From NCBI GenBank assembly GCA_965238225.1, contig OZ250183.1:128001-192000 (forward strand): a stretch of DNA of 64,000 nt. The letters are read 5' to 3'. The translations under genes and the position numbers were made by a program. The notes beneath the pieces were generated by a model. It was not told the origin of the DNA, searched no databases, and was given only the letters and a program-made list of their open reading frames with translations. Below, piece after piece: positions 20,842 to 32,100 of the stretch (its first letter is position 1; each line of letters starts with the position of its first letter). The stretch is from Gammaproteobacteria bacterium (lineage in GTDB: Bacteria; Pseudomonadota; Gammaproteobacteria; Eutrophobiales; Eutrophobiaceae).

Positions 20842-22695
20842 TTATCCACCAATGACTCCATTTACATGACGCAAAAAATCTTCTGTATCCATAAAACCAA
20901 CAAGACGATGTGATTTTTCTTCAATCCCTTGTTTGTTGAAAAAAAGCAAAGCTGGAGGCCCATATAAATTGAATTTTTTAAGCAAAGCATTATCAAGTTC
21001 GTTATTTTCTGTGACATCCGCCTGCAACAAAACAACCTTATGCAATATCTGACGGACTCTTGGATCTGAAAATGCCCCGTGTTCCATTTCCTTGCAGGTA
21101 ATACACCAGTCCGCATAAAAATCCAGCATGGCAAATTTGTTTTCTCTGGCAGCTTTATTTAAGGCAGACTGCAAACCATCGATACCTTTAATCATTTGAA
21201 ATGATAATGTATTGAGCCTGCCCTCATCTGCCTGATTTTTACTTAATAAACCCTCTAAAGGCTTAAATATATTACTGCTGCCGCTGGCTGCGCCAATTAT
21301 TAACAACATTCCATAGACAAGCATGGCAAACCCTAAACCGCGCCATAAACCTTGCCATTTTGACAATTTTTCTGATCTATCCAGTGCCCCCATATGGATA
21401 GCGGTAACAATGAATAATAGTGCCCATAAAGCCAAGGTCAGGTAGCTTGGTAATACGCGACCCATAAACCAAACCGCCACCCCTAACATCAATACACCAA
21501 AGATATGTTTGATGAATTCCATCCAGACACCTGCTCTGGGTAATAATTTTCCTGCTGAAGTACCAATCACGAGTAAAGGCACGCCCATGCCCATGCCCAT
21601 GGCAAACAGTACAAAACCACCCAGCACCGCATCACCTGATTGGCTAACATAGAGCAATGCCCCGGCGAGTGGTGGCGCGATACAAGGTCCGACAATGATG
21701 GCGGACAATACTCCCATGACTGCGACGGAATATAGTGACGCTGCTTGCTTTCCACTTGCGCCCAGAAGCTTATTTTGCAAGCTGACTGGCAATTGTAATT
21801 CATAAAAGCCAAACATGGATAAAGCCAGCAATACAAACACGCCACTAAATGCAGCAATAACCCAAATGTTTTGTGCAGCAGCTTGCAAATTGAGTTTGAA
21901 TGATCCAGTGATAACACCCAAAACAGCATAGGCTAATGCCATGGCAATGACATAGATTAATGACATATAAAATGAACGTAAGGTAGTCATACTGCTTCCT
22001 TGGCCAATAATAATCCCTGATAAAATTGGAACCATAGGAAACACACAAGGCGTAAATGCCAGCAACAATCCAAAACCAAAAAAGATAATGATATTTTGCA
22101 AAAAGCCATCATCTGATAAATGTTTGGTGATTACATCTTGTTTAGAAAGCGCTCTTCGCTCTAGATTTGATGCGTCAGGCTCACCTGCTGCGTTCGTAAT
22201 TAAATTGATTGGCAATGTCTTGCTTATCGGCGGATAACACAGAACATCTTCCTTACAGCCCTGATACTTAACAAGTAATTCCACAACAGATGCGGTGACA
22301 TCTTTTCTTTGCACTTTTAGCTTGGCATCAACAGCATGGTAATTTACCCAGACACTCCCAAAATCCGGATCATTCTTCAACTTACCTTCGGGCAGCTTAA
22401 CATCGGTGATGGTGATGTCATCGCCTTGTAAAGAAAATTGAAATTTGTCCTTGTAGAGATAGTAGCCTTCCGCAATCTGCCATTGCACATTGATCACATT
22501 TTCCGAAACTGCTGCTGCAGAGATAATAAATGCCTCTTCAGGATCCAGAAATTCAGCTTGTTTGTCCTTGGTAAATTTGCCGAATAGGTTATCAATCTCA
22601 TCAGACAAAGACCCTGCCGATGCGATATTAAAAAAAATTGTTGAGGCAGTAACTACCAAAACGAGTGCCGGCAAACGGAGCGTAGCCATATTCAT
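20842..22695 (-). CDS. dsbD: Thiol:disulfide interchange protein DsbD
   Basis: YQGC..CYPP, FTPCVFPM, GPC.APPL, DFYADWCITCK. Confidence 0.95.
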   Translation of the reverse strand: MNMATLRLPALVLVVTASTIFFNIASAGSLSDEIDNLFGKFTKDKQAEFLDPEEAFIISAAAVSENVINVQWQIAEGYYLYKDKFQFSLQGDDITITDVKLPEGKLKNDPDFGSVWVNYHAVDAKLKVQRKDVTASVVELLVKYQGCKEDVLCYPPISKTLPINLITNAAGEPDASNLERRALSKQDVITKHLSDDGFLQNIIIFFGFGLLLAFTPCVFPMVPILSGIIIGQGSSMTTLRSFYMSLIYVIAMALAYAVLGVITGSFKLNLQAAAQNIWVIAAFSGVFVLLALSMFGFYELQLPVSLQNKLLGASGKQAASLYSVAVMGVLSAIIVGPCIAPPLAGALLYVSQSGDAVLGGFVLFAMGMGMGVPLLVIGTSAGKLLPRAGVWMEFIKHIFGVLMLGVAVWFMGRVLPSYLTLALWALLFIVTAIHMGALDRSEKLSKWQGLWRGLGFAMLVYGMLLIIGAASGSSNIFKPLEGLLSKNQADEGRLNTLSFQMIKGIDGLQSALNKAARENKFAMLDFYADWCITCKEMEHGAFSDPRVRQILHKVVLLQADVTENNELDNALLKKFNLYGPPALLFFNKQGIEEKSHRLVGFMDTEDFLRHVNGVIGG

Positions 22696-23022
22696 TTATT
22701 TTGTACTGTTTTCAATCCAACGAAGATATTCTGTAAGTCCATCCTTAATTGAGACTGCAATAATTTCCGGAAGTTCGTAGGGATGTAAGGACTGTATCCT
22801 CTTTTGAAGCGCAGGAAAATGTTTGGAAGTAGTTTTAATCAAAAGCAATAATTCGGCCTCAGATTCTAATTTAGAATTCCATTTAAAATATGAAGATAGT
22901 CCGGGAATGATATTGACACAGGCAGCGATATTATTAATAAGCAAATCCTGCGAGATTTTTTCTGCAATGATCATATCAGGGCAGGTGCTTAAAACCAGTA
23001 AATGTTCTACTTCTTTAATCAA
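22696..23022 (-). CDS. cutA: Divalent cation tolerance protein CutA
   Basis: AACVNI, E.ELLLLIKT, HPYELPEII. Confidence 0.93.
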   Translation of the reverse strand: MIKEVEHLLVLSTCPDMIIAEKISQDLLINNIAACVNIIPGLSSYFKWNSKLESEAELLLLIKTTSKHFPALQKRIQSLHPYELPEIIAVSIKDGLTEYLRWIENSTK

Positions 23023-23132
23023 AACATTTCCAAATATAGTTTTTCAAATGACTTGAATTACCCTATTCTGCCAACACACCATTAAATAGATCAATAGAAT
23101 CAAACACTAATTTTAACCAAAGGCAGGTACTC

Positions 23133-23564
23133 TTGTTTAATTTATTCATCCTGTTATTTATTTTCACTCCGCTAATCGAGATTTACCTGCTGATTCAAAT
23201 CGGCAGTGAAATTGGCGCAATGTCCACCATAGCATTAATTTTGTTCACAGCATGTATGGGCGTGACCTTATTGCGAATAGAAGGGTTTGTGGTACTGACA
23301 AAAATCAGACAAAGTCTAAGCCAAGGAGAATTACCCGCAGGGACAATGCTGGAAGGCCTCGTATTACTCATCGCAGGCGCCTTTTTGTTAACGCCAGGCT
23401 TTTTCACAGATGCGATTGGCTTTATCTGTCTAGTACCCTCTATACGCCAAAAAATTGCCAATTCTGTCCTCAAAAAAGCCATTGTTACACAACATAATAA
23501 GAAAACCGATGCACGCGGACATGGCAAAAAAGTTACTTTGGAAGGCGACTATTGGGAAAATTAA
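23133..23564 (+). CDS. fxsA: FxsA membrane protein
   Basis: PLIEIYLLIQIG, LLTPGFFTD.IG; upstream of groES. Confidence 0.92.
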   Translation: MFNLFILLFIFTPLIEIYLLIQIGSEIGAMSTIALILFTACMGVTLLRIEGFVVLTKIRQSLSQGELPAGTMLEGLVLLIAGAFLLTPGFFTDAIGFICLVPSIRQKIANSVLKKAIVTQHNKKTDARGHGKKVTLEGDYWEN

Positions 23565-23642
23565 GGAATCGCAAATTATACTGGTAAATCATCTTCTTAT
23601 GAGACTGCGTTTGGCGCTGGCAATATTTTTTTATCTTGGGAA

Positions 23643-23671
23643 TTAGCACTCGATTAGAGTTAGAGTGCTAA
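23643..23671 (+). promoter_or_regulatory. CIRCE-like inverted repeat with 11-nt spacer
   Basis: TTAGCACTC-gattagagtta-GAGTGCTAA; perfect arms, non-canonical spacer. Confidence 0.7.
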
Positions 23672-23677
23672 AAGAAT

Positions 23678-23707
23678 TTGACAGCAGCAGGAACCATCCT
23701 ATAGAAT
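23678..23707 (+). promoter_or_regulatory. Sigma70-type groESL promoter between the two CIRCE boxes
   Basis: TTGACA (23678-23683), 18 nt, TAGAAT (23702-23707). Confidence 0.6.
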
Positions 23708-23733
23708 TGGCACTCACTCGGCTAGAGTGCTAA
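23707..23733 (+). promoter_or_regulatory. CIRCE element (HrcA operator)
   Basis: TTGGCACTC-N9-GAGTGCTAA upstream of groES. Confidence 0.88.
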
Positions 23734-23781
23734 AAAGTAACCCTTAACCATTTAGAACCCGTATTTTCAGGAGAAAAATAC

Positions 23782-24072
23782 ATGAATATACGTCCCTTAC
23801 AAGACCGTGTGATTGTCAAACGCATGGGAGAGGAAACCACTAGTGCTGGCGGTATCGTGCTTCCAGATTCTGCCACAGAAAAACCAATTCGTGGTGAAGT
23901 GCTGGCTGTAGGTCCTGGCAAAATTCTTGATAGTGGTGAAAAACGTCCACTTGATATTAGCGTTGGTGACACTGTACTGTTCGGCAAATACTCCGGCACA
24001 GAAGTCAAGCTCGACGATGAGGAACTCCTTGTCATGCGTGAAGAAGATATCATGGGCGTTATAGAAGGTTAG
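23782..24072 (+). CDS. groES: Co-chaperonin GroES
   Basis: [28 protein letters not shown]. Confidence 0.98.
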   Translation: MNIRPLQDRVIVKRMGEETTSAGGIVLPDSATEKPIRGEVLAVGPGKILDSGEKRPLDISVGDTVLFGKYSGTEVKLDDEELLVMREEDIMGVIEG

Positions 24073-24095
24073 CCCTTCTAAGACCGCAGAACTAA

Positions 24096-25772
<1,677 letters not shown>

Positions 25773-25801
25773 CCGTCTGTTTTATACTCTCAGTAACTCC
25801 C

Positions 25802-25838
25802 AAAAAAGCTCGTGAGCTCAGTGTTTACGGGCTTTTTT
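25802..25838 (+). terminator. Rho-independent terminator after groEL
   Basis: AAAAAAGCTCGTGAGC-tcagt-GTTTACGGGCTTTTTT hairpin (with G:U pairs) and T-tract. Confidence 0.8.
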
Positions 25839-25929
25839 GTTGCTCGCTGCTATCAGTTAGTAGCAGAACAAATAGATACCAGATACTGACTTGACGCAAA
25901 CACATCCAGTGTCATTCAGTCGCGAAAGC

Positions 25930-26200
25930 CAAATTCAGCCAACCGTTTGATGCAGACCTTTCAGCAAGAGCTATACATATACATTGCAGAAAATGAGAGC
26001 AGGCGGCGAGCAGGTGATGACGGCGCAGCATGTTCAAGTGAATGATGGTGGTCAGACCATCGCAGGGGGTCAAATACTAAAAAAGAGTAAACCCTACATG
26101 GTGGACTTTCTACCAGTAGATCAATCGCAACAGGCCAGTGAACAAAACAGACGATTCAACAGCGAAAGGTAGATTCATGTGCTATTGTGCTACTCTTACA
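25930..26200 (+). pseudogene. Eroded mobile-element gene pair: hypothetical protein C-terminus plus HGGxSTG-domain fragment
   Basis: NSANRLMQTFQQEL / LQKMRAGGEQVMTAQHVQVNDGGQTIAG, then in another frame LHGGLSTS (26094-26117). Confidence 0.55.
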
Positions 26201-26276
26201 GAAGGCAATCAGCCCATGCTTGTTAGCAAGCTAGGGAGGGAAATGAGCCTTACTAATATTAAATAAGGACAGCAAA

Positions 26277-26883
26277 ATGAGAATAGCGCTTGTAGGGCTA
26301 CTTGCATTTACAATAGCGGGATGTGCAAGCATGGCTGATGTAGGTTCAAAGTTTGCTGGAATTGGGACAATTAGCAAAGAACAATCAACCTTTGATAATG
26401 CAACCATTATCACAATGTCTCCTGCTCTTTTATATGCAGAAGGCGAATGGTTAGGTGTTCCTGTTAGGCTTGGTGCACGTTGGTCAAGTAATTCACCAAG
26501 TCATGTATCATTGATCATGTCGTATAGTTCAAATACATACGGTAGCTCTAGCGGTCTGTATACAAACTTTTCTGGGATGGATTTAAATATCGATGGCAAA
26601 ATAAGCTCCTATAAATCATCGGGTTTAACGAAACATAGTGATAGCGGCTATAATTCAGTATCAAGAACTGATTTATACGGATAGCAAAAATTCAGTAACT
26701 ATCTCTTTGAGAGTTTTAAAAGAAATGTTAAATGCTAAAGACACTCGTTTACGTATTAATACAGGTGATGGTTATGTAGATGCTCAATTCTCAATAGAAA
26801 GAATTCCCGGTGGTCAAGGTACTGCGATTCTTTCAATGAGGGAGTTTGCAGCTAAAGTTGATTCTAAAATTGCAACTCCCTAG
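26277..26883 (+). pseudogene. Putative lipoprotein split by a single-base frameshift
   Basis: Lipobox signal MRIALVGLLAFTIAG-C. ORFs 26277-26684 and 26638-26883 join if one base near 26670 is removed (...SVSRT-IYTDSKNSV...). Confidence 0.65.
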
Positions 26884-26899
26884 GGTATCGTAAGTTTAA

Positions 26900-27225
26900 T
26901 GAAGGATATTAGGTTTAAGTTTAAGTTCTTTATATAACTTTAATAATCCATAACTACCACCACCTATCGTACCGATCCATTCCAATATATTTTTGCAGCT
27001 GTAACGTCTTCATTCGAGAAAAACATTTTAACTTGCTCGTACATTTTCATAACAAGTTCAAGAGTAAACTCAAGGCAATTCTGTTCAGCGTTGATAATTA
27101 GCAACGCTTTAATATTGCTGATTTATCACCATTAAGCTCTTTACATTTGCAATTTTACGTAAATCACCTATAGCAATCAACGCAGGTGCTAAACGATTAA
27201 TGTCTATAGAGTGATCTTTTAACGC
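26900..27225 (-). pseudogene. Fragment of a hypothetical protein of phage/mobile type
   Basis: Frameshifted segments ALKDHSIDINRLAPALIAIGDLRKIAN / ELNGDKS / EQNCLEFTLELV...FFSNEDVTAAK / ILEWIGTIGGGSYGLLKLYK read as one protein-like sequence. Confidence 0.5.
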
Positions 27226-27312
27226 CGATACTTTTTCTCGCCACAAATTTGCCGCAAGACAAAAAGATCAGTAAAGCTCCTCACTTCAGGATTTGGCTCA
27301 TAATACGCTGTG

Positions 27313-27897
27313 TCATCCTGAAAGATATATGCTCAAGTCGTTTAAGGGGGCAATAATCAGCCTGAAGGAAAGATTAAGCAATATCAAAACCACAAAAGAT
27401 GACCAGTCGATACCACCTGCTGCAGGAATATAGCGTCTTATTGGTCTTGCCAGAGGTTCGCTTAGTTGATAAAGCAAAACGCTAAAAGGCGAGTAATTAC
27501 CGGGCGAAATCCAGCTAACAATAGCTTGTATAATAATAACGGCGATGTATATCGATATTAGTAACTGCAGTAATTTTGCAATAATAATAACTAGAATACT
27601 CGCAGGCGATGGGATATGCCCGCTAAGCAGCAATGCGATGAGGCATATTTCTGTAAATTGTAACAGGACAAGCAACAGGATAGATGACCAATCAACCTTC
27701 ATATGCTGAGGGGTGATCCTGCGCAATGATTTTAAAACAGGATTTGTTACGGTAATCAAAAATTGACAGATGGGATTATAAAAATCTGCTCGAACGATTT
27801 GCAGTAAAAAACGCAACATGACCGCCAATATATATAATCCAAATATTATATTTACAAGGTAAACGCCTGCATTTGCGAAGTAACCGCTGCCAGACAT
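27313..27897 (-). CDS. yggT: YggT family membrane protein
   Basis: LRFLLQ.VRADFYNPI.QF, second repeat SWI.P...P, GGID.S; follows proC. Confidence 0.93.
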   Translation of the reverse strand: MSGSGYFANAGVYLVNIIFGLYILAVMLRFLLQIVRADFYNPICQFLITVTNPVLKSLRRITPQHMKVDWSSILLLVLLQFTEICLIALLLSGHIPSPASILVIIIAKLLQLLISIYIAVIIIQAIVSWISPGNYSPFSVLLYQLSEPLARPIRRYIPAAGGIDWSSFVVLILLNLSFRLIIAPLNDLSIYLSG

Positions 27898-28724
27898 TAC
27901 CCTTGCTCCAATGAGGCAGCTAATTCAACCGATTTTTTTTGTGCGGCCTTTAGGGCATCTTTAAATAAATCTGCAATACCGCCGTCCATTAACACATTCA
28001 AAGCCTGCTCGGTCGTGCCACCTGGAGAGGTGACCTGTTTACGCAAGGATGCTACATCATGATTACTTTCTAATGCCATTTTTGCTGCACCGAATGCAGT
28101 TTGTAAGGTGAGTATGCGTGCTTGTTCTTTGGGTAATCCAAGTTCGGTTGCAGCTTTTTCCATAACTTCCATGATAAGAAAGTAATAGGCTGGACCACTT
28201 CCCGATAAAGCAGTGACGGCATCCATAAGTGTTTCATTATCGAGCCACAAAGCCAAACCAACAGAATGCATAATTGCTTCTGCCAGATTGCGTTGCGTAA
28301 TACTGGTCAATTGATTTGCACACAATGCAGCTGCTCCTGACCGAACTAATGCTGGCGTATTCGGCATAATACGCACAATAGCAAGTCCTGCTCCAGCCCA
28401 TTCTTCAAGCTGCGAAAGTTGAATACCTGCTGCTATCGAGATAAGCAGAGGCTGCTTTTGTGCTAAACTTGGCCTGATCGCCTGCAAGGCAGCTTTAATT
28501 GATTGTGGCTTGACTGCCAGCACAACAACGTCTGCATCTTTAATCGCTTCTTGATTGTCTTCCAGTACTGAGATATTGAATTGGAAAGCTGCTGTTTGTC
28601 GCTGCTTTGCGTTTATGTCAGTTCCGATTATAGAGTCGGCTGATAGGCCGTTGGCAAGTAATCCTCCAATCAGACTTCTGCCCATGTTTCCACAGCCAAT
28701 GAAACTTATTCTCGAATTTTTCAT
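27897..28724 (-). CDS. proC: Pyrroline-5-carboxylate reductase
   Basis: FIGCGNMG, VRIMPNTP, TALSGSGPAY, VTSPGGTT. Confidence 0.97.
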   Translation of the reverse strand: MKNSRISFIGCGNMGRSLIGGLLANGLSADSIIGTDINAKQRQTAAFQFNISVLEDNQEAIKDADVVVLAVKPQSIKAALQAIRPSLAQKQPLLISIAAGIQLSQLEEWAGAGLAIVRIMPNTPALVRSGAAALCANQLTSITQRNLAEAIMHSVGLALWLDNETLMDAVTALSGSGPAYYFLIMEVMEKAATELGLPKEQARILTLQTAFGAAKMALESNHDVASLRKQVTSPGGTTEQALNVLMDGGIADLFKDALKAAQKKSVELAASLEQG

Positions 28725-28849
28725 TGAAAACTCTCTATAATTTATTTAATGTAAATATCGGGTAAGTGTAACAATTTATATTCAATTTGATATAGACCAA
28801 ACAGTTTGCCAAACACCTAAGTAGATAGATCCCTAGTAGATAATAATAA

Positions 28850-29593
28850 TCAGTAATTTCGCCTGCCAAAGATTGCAGTACCTATGCGTACCATGGTTGC
28901 CCCTTCTGCAATGGCTGCTTCTAGATCACCACTTGTGCCCATGGATAAAGTATCTATCTCAGGGTGCGTGGTTTGTAGCTCAGTAAATAGTAGTCGCAAA
29001 CGCCTGAAAGAAATGCGTTGTTTCTCAAAATTAGCATTTTTTTCTGGCATAGCCATTAACCCTCTTATTTTAATACTCTCTAAGGATGAACAATCATTAA
29101 CAAGCTGCATTAGTTCGTCCTCAGCGATACCAGATTTACTACTTTCACCGCTTATGTTGATTTGCAAACATACATTTAAAGGCGATAGATGATCTGGACG
29201 TTGCTCATTAAGTCTTCGGGCAATTTTAATTCTGTCAATGGTATGTACCCAATGGAAGTGTTGTGCTATATCCCGTGTTTTATTTGACTGTATCGGCCCA
29301 ATGAAATGCCAAGCGAGCTGATAATTTTTTAGGCTTGCTATTTTACCTACTGCCTCCTGTAAATAATTCTCAGCAAAACAAGATTGTCCGGCATTTATGG
29401 CTGTCTTTATGGCAGCGAAAGACTTGGTTTTGCTAACTGCCAATAGCTGCACTGAGTCAAGTTTGCGCCCAAAACATCGTTCAGCGTCAGAAATTCTTTG
29501 CCTGATTTGTGCAAGCGCAATAAAAATATTTTTTTCGGCGCTAATTTCAATATTTTTATACTTCCCAGTATTTTTATTCTTGATATTTTTCAT
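28850..29593 (-). CDS. yggS: PLP homeostasis protein YggS
   Basis: LLAVSKT, ENYLQE, WHFIGPIQSNK, LSMG.S.D.EAAI.EGATMVRIGTAIFG.R; start uncertain. Confidence 0.95.
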   Translation of the reverse strand: MKNIKNKNTGKYKNIEISAEKNIFIALAQIRQRISDAERCFGRKLDSVQLLAVSKTKSFAAIKTAINAGQSCFAENYLQEAVGKIASLKNYQLAWHFIGPIQSNKTRDIAQHFHWVHTIDRIKIARRLNEQRPDHLSPLNVCLQINISGESSKSGIAEDELMQLVNDCSSLESIKIRGLMAMPEKNANFEKQRISFRRLRLLFTELQTTHPEIDTLSMGTSGDLEAAIAEGATMVRIGTAIFGRRNY

Positions 29594-29718
29594 TAGATAT
29601 CAGTGGTCTATATTGCAAAAAACAAGTAGCATTGTGACAAGACCGTCATGCGTTGCAGGACAATGCATGATGCAGTAAATTTTTACCTATTGTAACTATT
29701 TTCCCAAGGAGAATTTGG

Positions 29719-30759
29719 ATGGATATTGGTGAACTTCTCGCATTTGGTACAAAAAATGGCTCGTCCGATCTGCATTTATCTGCTGGTGTGCCGCCCATGA
29801 TTCGCGTTGATGGTGACATGAAAAAAATTAATGTGCCTGTCCTTAGTGACACAGAAGTTCATGACATGGTCTACGATATAATGAACGATAAACAACGTAA
29901 GGATTATGAAGAATTTCTGGAATGTGATTTTTCTTTTGAAATTCCTGGTTTGGCGCGATTTCGTGTTAATGCGTTCAACCAAAACCGTGGTGCTGGTGCT
30001 GTATTTAGAACCATTCCATCAGAGATACTGTCATTAGAACAACTAGATGCCCCAAAGATTTTTAAAGACTTGGCTGATACGCCTCGCGGTGTGGTACTAG
30101 TTACAGGGCCTACAGGATCTGGCAAATCTACCACCTTAGCAGGCATGGTGAATCACAAAAATGAAAATGAATTTGGCCATATTCTTACGGTTGAAGATCC
30201 GATCGAATTCGTGCACATCAGCAAGAAATGTCTCATTAACCAACGTGAGGTTCATCGAGATACTCTAGGGTTCAACGAAGCACTGCGCTCTGCCTTGCGC
30301 GAAGATCCAGACGTTATCCTTGTGGGTGAAATGCGCGATCTGGAAACTATTCGCTTAGCTCTATCTGCTGCTGAAACTGGTCACCTAGTATTCGGAACCT
30401 TGCATACCAGTTCTGCTGCCAAAACCATCGACCGTGTTGTTGACGTATTCCCGGCAGCAGAAAAAGATATGATACGTGCTATGTTATCTGAGTCACTGAA
30501 AGCAGTTATTTCACAGACTTTACTCAAAAAAATTGGTGGTGGTCGTGTTGCTGCTCATGAAATTATGATTAGTACGCCTGCTATTCGTAACCTGATTCGT
30601 GAAAACAAGATTGCACAAATGTATTCGGCAATACAAACTGGCGATCAATTTGGCATGAAGACTTTGGATCAGGATTTGGCCGAATTAGTCAAAAAAAATG
30701 TGATTAGTCGGGAAGAGGCGTTGTCCAAGTGTGTCAACAAAAATACTTTCTCAGCTTAA
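29719..30759 (+). CDS. pilT: Type IV pilus retraction ATPase PilT
   Basis: MDI.ELL, GPTGSGKSTT, SALREDPD, AIRNLIRE; divergent from yggS. Confidence 0.97.
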   Translation: MDIGELLAFGTKNGSSDLHLSAGVPPMIRVDGDMKKINVPVLSDTEVHDMVYDIMNDKQRKDYEEFLECDFSFEIPGLARFRVNAFNQNRGAGAVFRTIPSEILSLEQLDAPKIFKDLADTPRGVVLVTGPTGSGKSTTLAGMVNHKNENEFGHILTVEDPIEFVHISKKCLINQREVHRDTLGFNEALRSALREDPDVILVGEMRDLETIRLALSAAETGHLVFGTLHTSSAAKTIDRVVDVFPAAEKDMIRAMLSESLKAVISQTLLKKIGGGRVAAHEIMISTPAIRNLIRENKIAQMYSAIQTGDQFGMKTLDQDLAELVKKNVISREEALSKCVNKNTFSA

Positions 30760-30799
30760 CAGAAACCTTCATCAACATAATAAATAACACGAAGAAATC

Positions 30800-31990
30800 A
30801 TGGAAAGAGAACAAGCAATAAAATTTGTACGCGATCTTCTCAAGCTTATGGTTGAGAAGGAAAGCTCTGATTTATTTATCACGGTTGATTTTCCCCCGGC
30901 AATCAAAGTACATGGCAAGATTACACCTATAGCAAAAAAGAAATTAACGCCAGAATACGCTAAGGCAATATGTTACGCCTTGATGAATGACAGACAGGCA
31001 GAAGAGTTTGAAAGCACTAAGGAATGTAATTTTGCTATTAGTCCTGTGGGTGTTGGGCGATTTAGGGTTAATATATTCATGCAACAGAGTTTCTGTGGAT
31101 GTGTGGTGCGCGCTATTTTAATGGATGTGCCAAGTCTCGATGGATTAGGGTTGCCGGAAACCCTCAAAGAAATTTCCATGATCAAGCGTGGAATGGTTAT
31201 TCTTGTCGGTGGCACTGGCACTGGCAAGTCAACCTCGCTGGCTGCTATGATCGATCACAGAAACCAGCACGCATTCGAACATATCATCACCGTTGAAGAT
31301 CCCATTGAATATATTCATCCACACAAAAATTGCATCATTACACAACGTGAAGTAGGAATGGATACAGATAACTGGGGAATTGCCCTAAAGAACACTTTGC
31401 GTCAGGCGCCCGATGTTATTTTGTTGGGCGAAATTAGAGACAGGGAAACCATGGATTTTTGCATCTCTTTCTCAGAAACAGGGCATTTAGCTATGGCTAC
31501 CTTACATGCCAACAGTTCCAACCAAGCATTAGACAGAATTATTAACTTTTTCCCAGAAAACCGTCATCAGCAATTATTAATGGATTTATCTTTGAATTTA
31601 AAGGCTGTGATTGCACAGAGACTTTTGAAAGAGGCCAATGGTGAAGGCAGAGTTGCTGCAGTTGAAGTCTTACTGGCATCGCCGCTTATTTCTGATATGT
31701 TCTCAAAAGGTAAAATCCATGAGATTAAGGAAATCATGGCCAAGTCTGTAGACTTGGGGATGAAAACATTTGATCAAGCATTATTTGAACTCTACGAAGA
31801 CAATAAGATTACTCTGGGAGATGCATTACATAATGCAGACTCAATGAATGAATTACGTTTAAAAATCAAACTAGAAAGTAAAAATACTAAGGGGATCACT
31901 GAGGAGGACTTCAGTAATCTACATCTGGCAGATGATTCAGCTGCAGATAAAGACAATATAGATCTAAGACTAAAAAAAGATCCATATTGA
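30800..31990 (+). CDS. pilU: Type IV pilus retraction ATPase PilU
   Basis: SDLFITVDFPP, GTGTGKSTSLA, NTLRQAPDVI, ADS.NELRL.IKL. Confidence 0.92.
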   Translation: MEREQAIKFVRDLLKLMVEKESSDLFITVDFPPAIKVHGKITPIAKKKLTPEYAKAICYALMNDRQAEEFESTKECNFAISPVGVGRFRVNIFMQQSFCGCVVRAILMDVPSLDGLGLPETLKEISMIKRGMVILVGGTGTGKSTSLAAMIDHRNQHAFEHIITVEDPIEYIHPHKNCIITQREVGMDTDNWGIALKNTLRQAPDVILLGEIRDRETMDFCISFSETGHLAMATLHANSSNQALDRIINFFPENRHQQLLMDLSLNLKAVIAQRLLKEANGEGRVAAVEVLLASPLISDMFSKGKIHEIKEIMAKSVDLGMKTFDQALFELYEDNKITLGDALHNADSMNELRLKIKLESKNTKGITEEDFSNLHLADDSAADKDNIDLRLKKDPY

Positions 31991-32100
31991 AAAAATACAT
32001 AGGCACTATATATTGCAAAATTATGCTAAAAAATTTCGTGAAGCCCAAACCATTAATAACAATTAAATAATTTTTAGCTTAGCATGAGAATCTAATCAAC

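Noticed and set aside
23052-23085. Sigma32-like promoter before fxsA (CTTGAA ... CCATT)
   Set aside because: Spacing is too long and the -10 match is poor.
27000-27312. Expected yggU (DUF167) remnant after yggT
   Set aside because: No YggU motifs found; the interval instead matches a different decayed gene.
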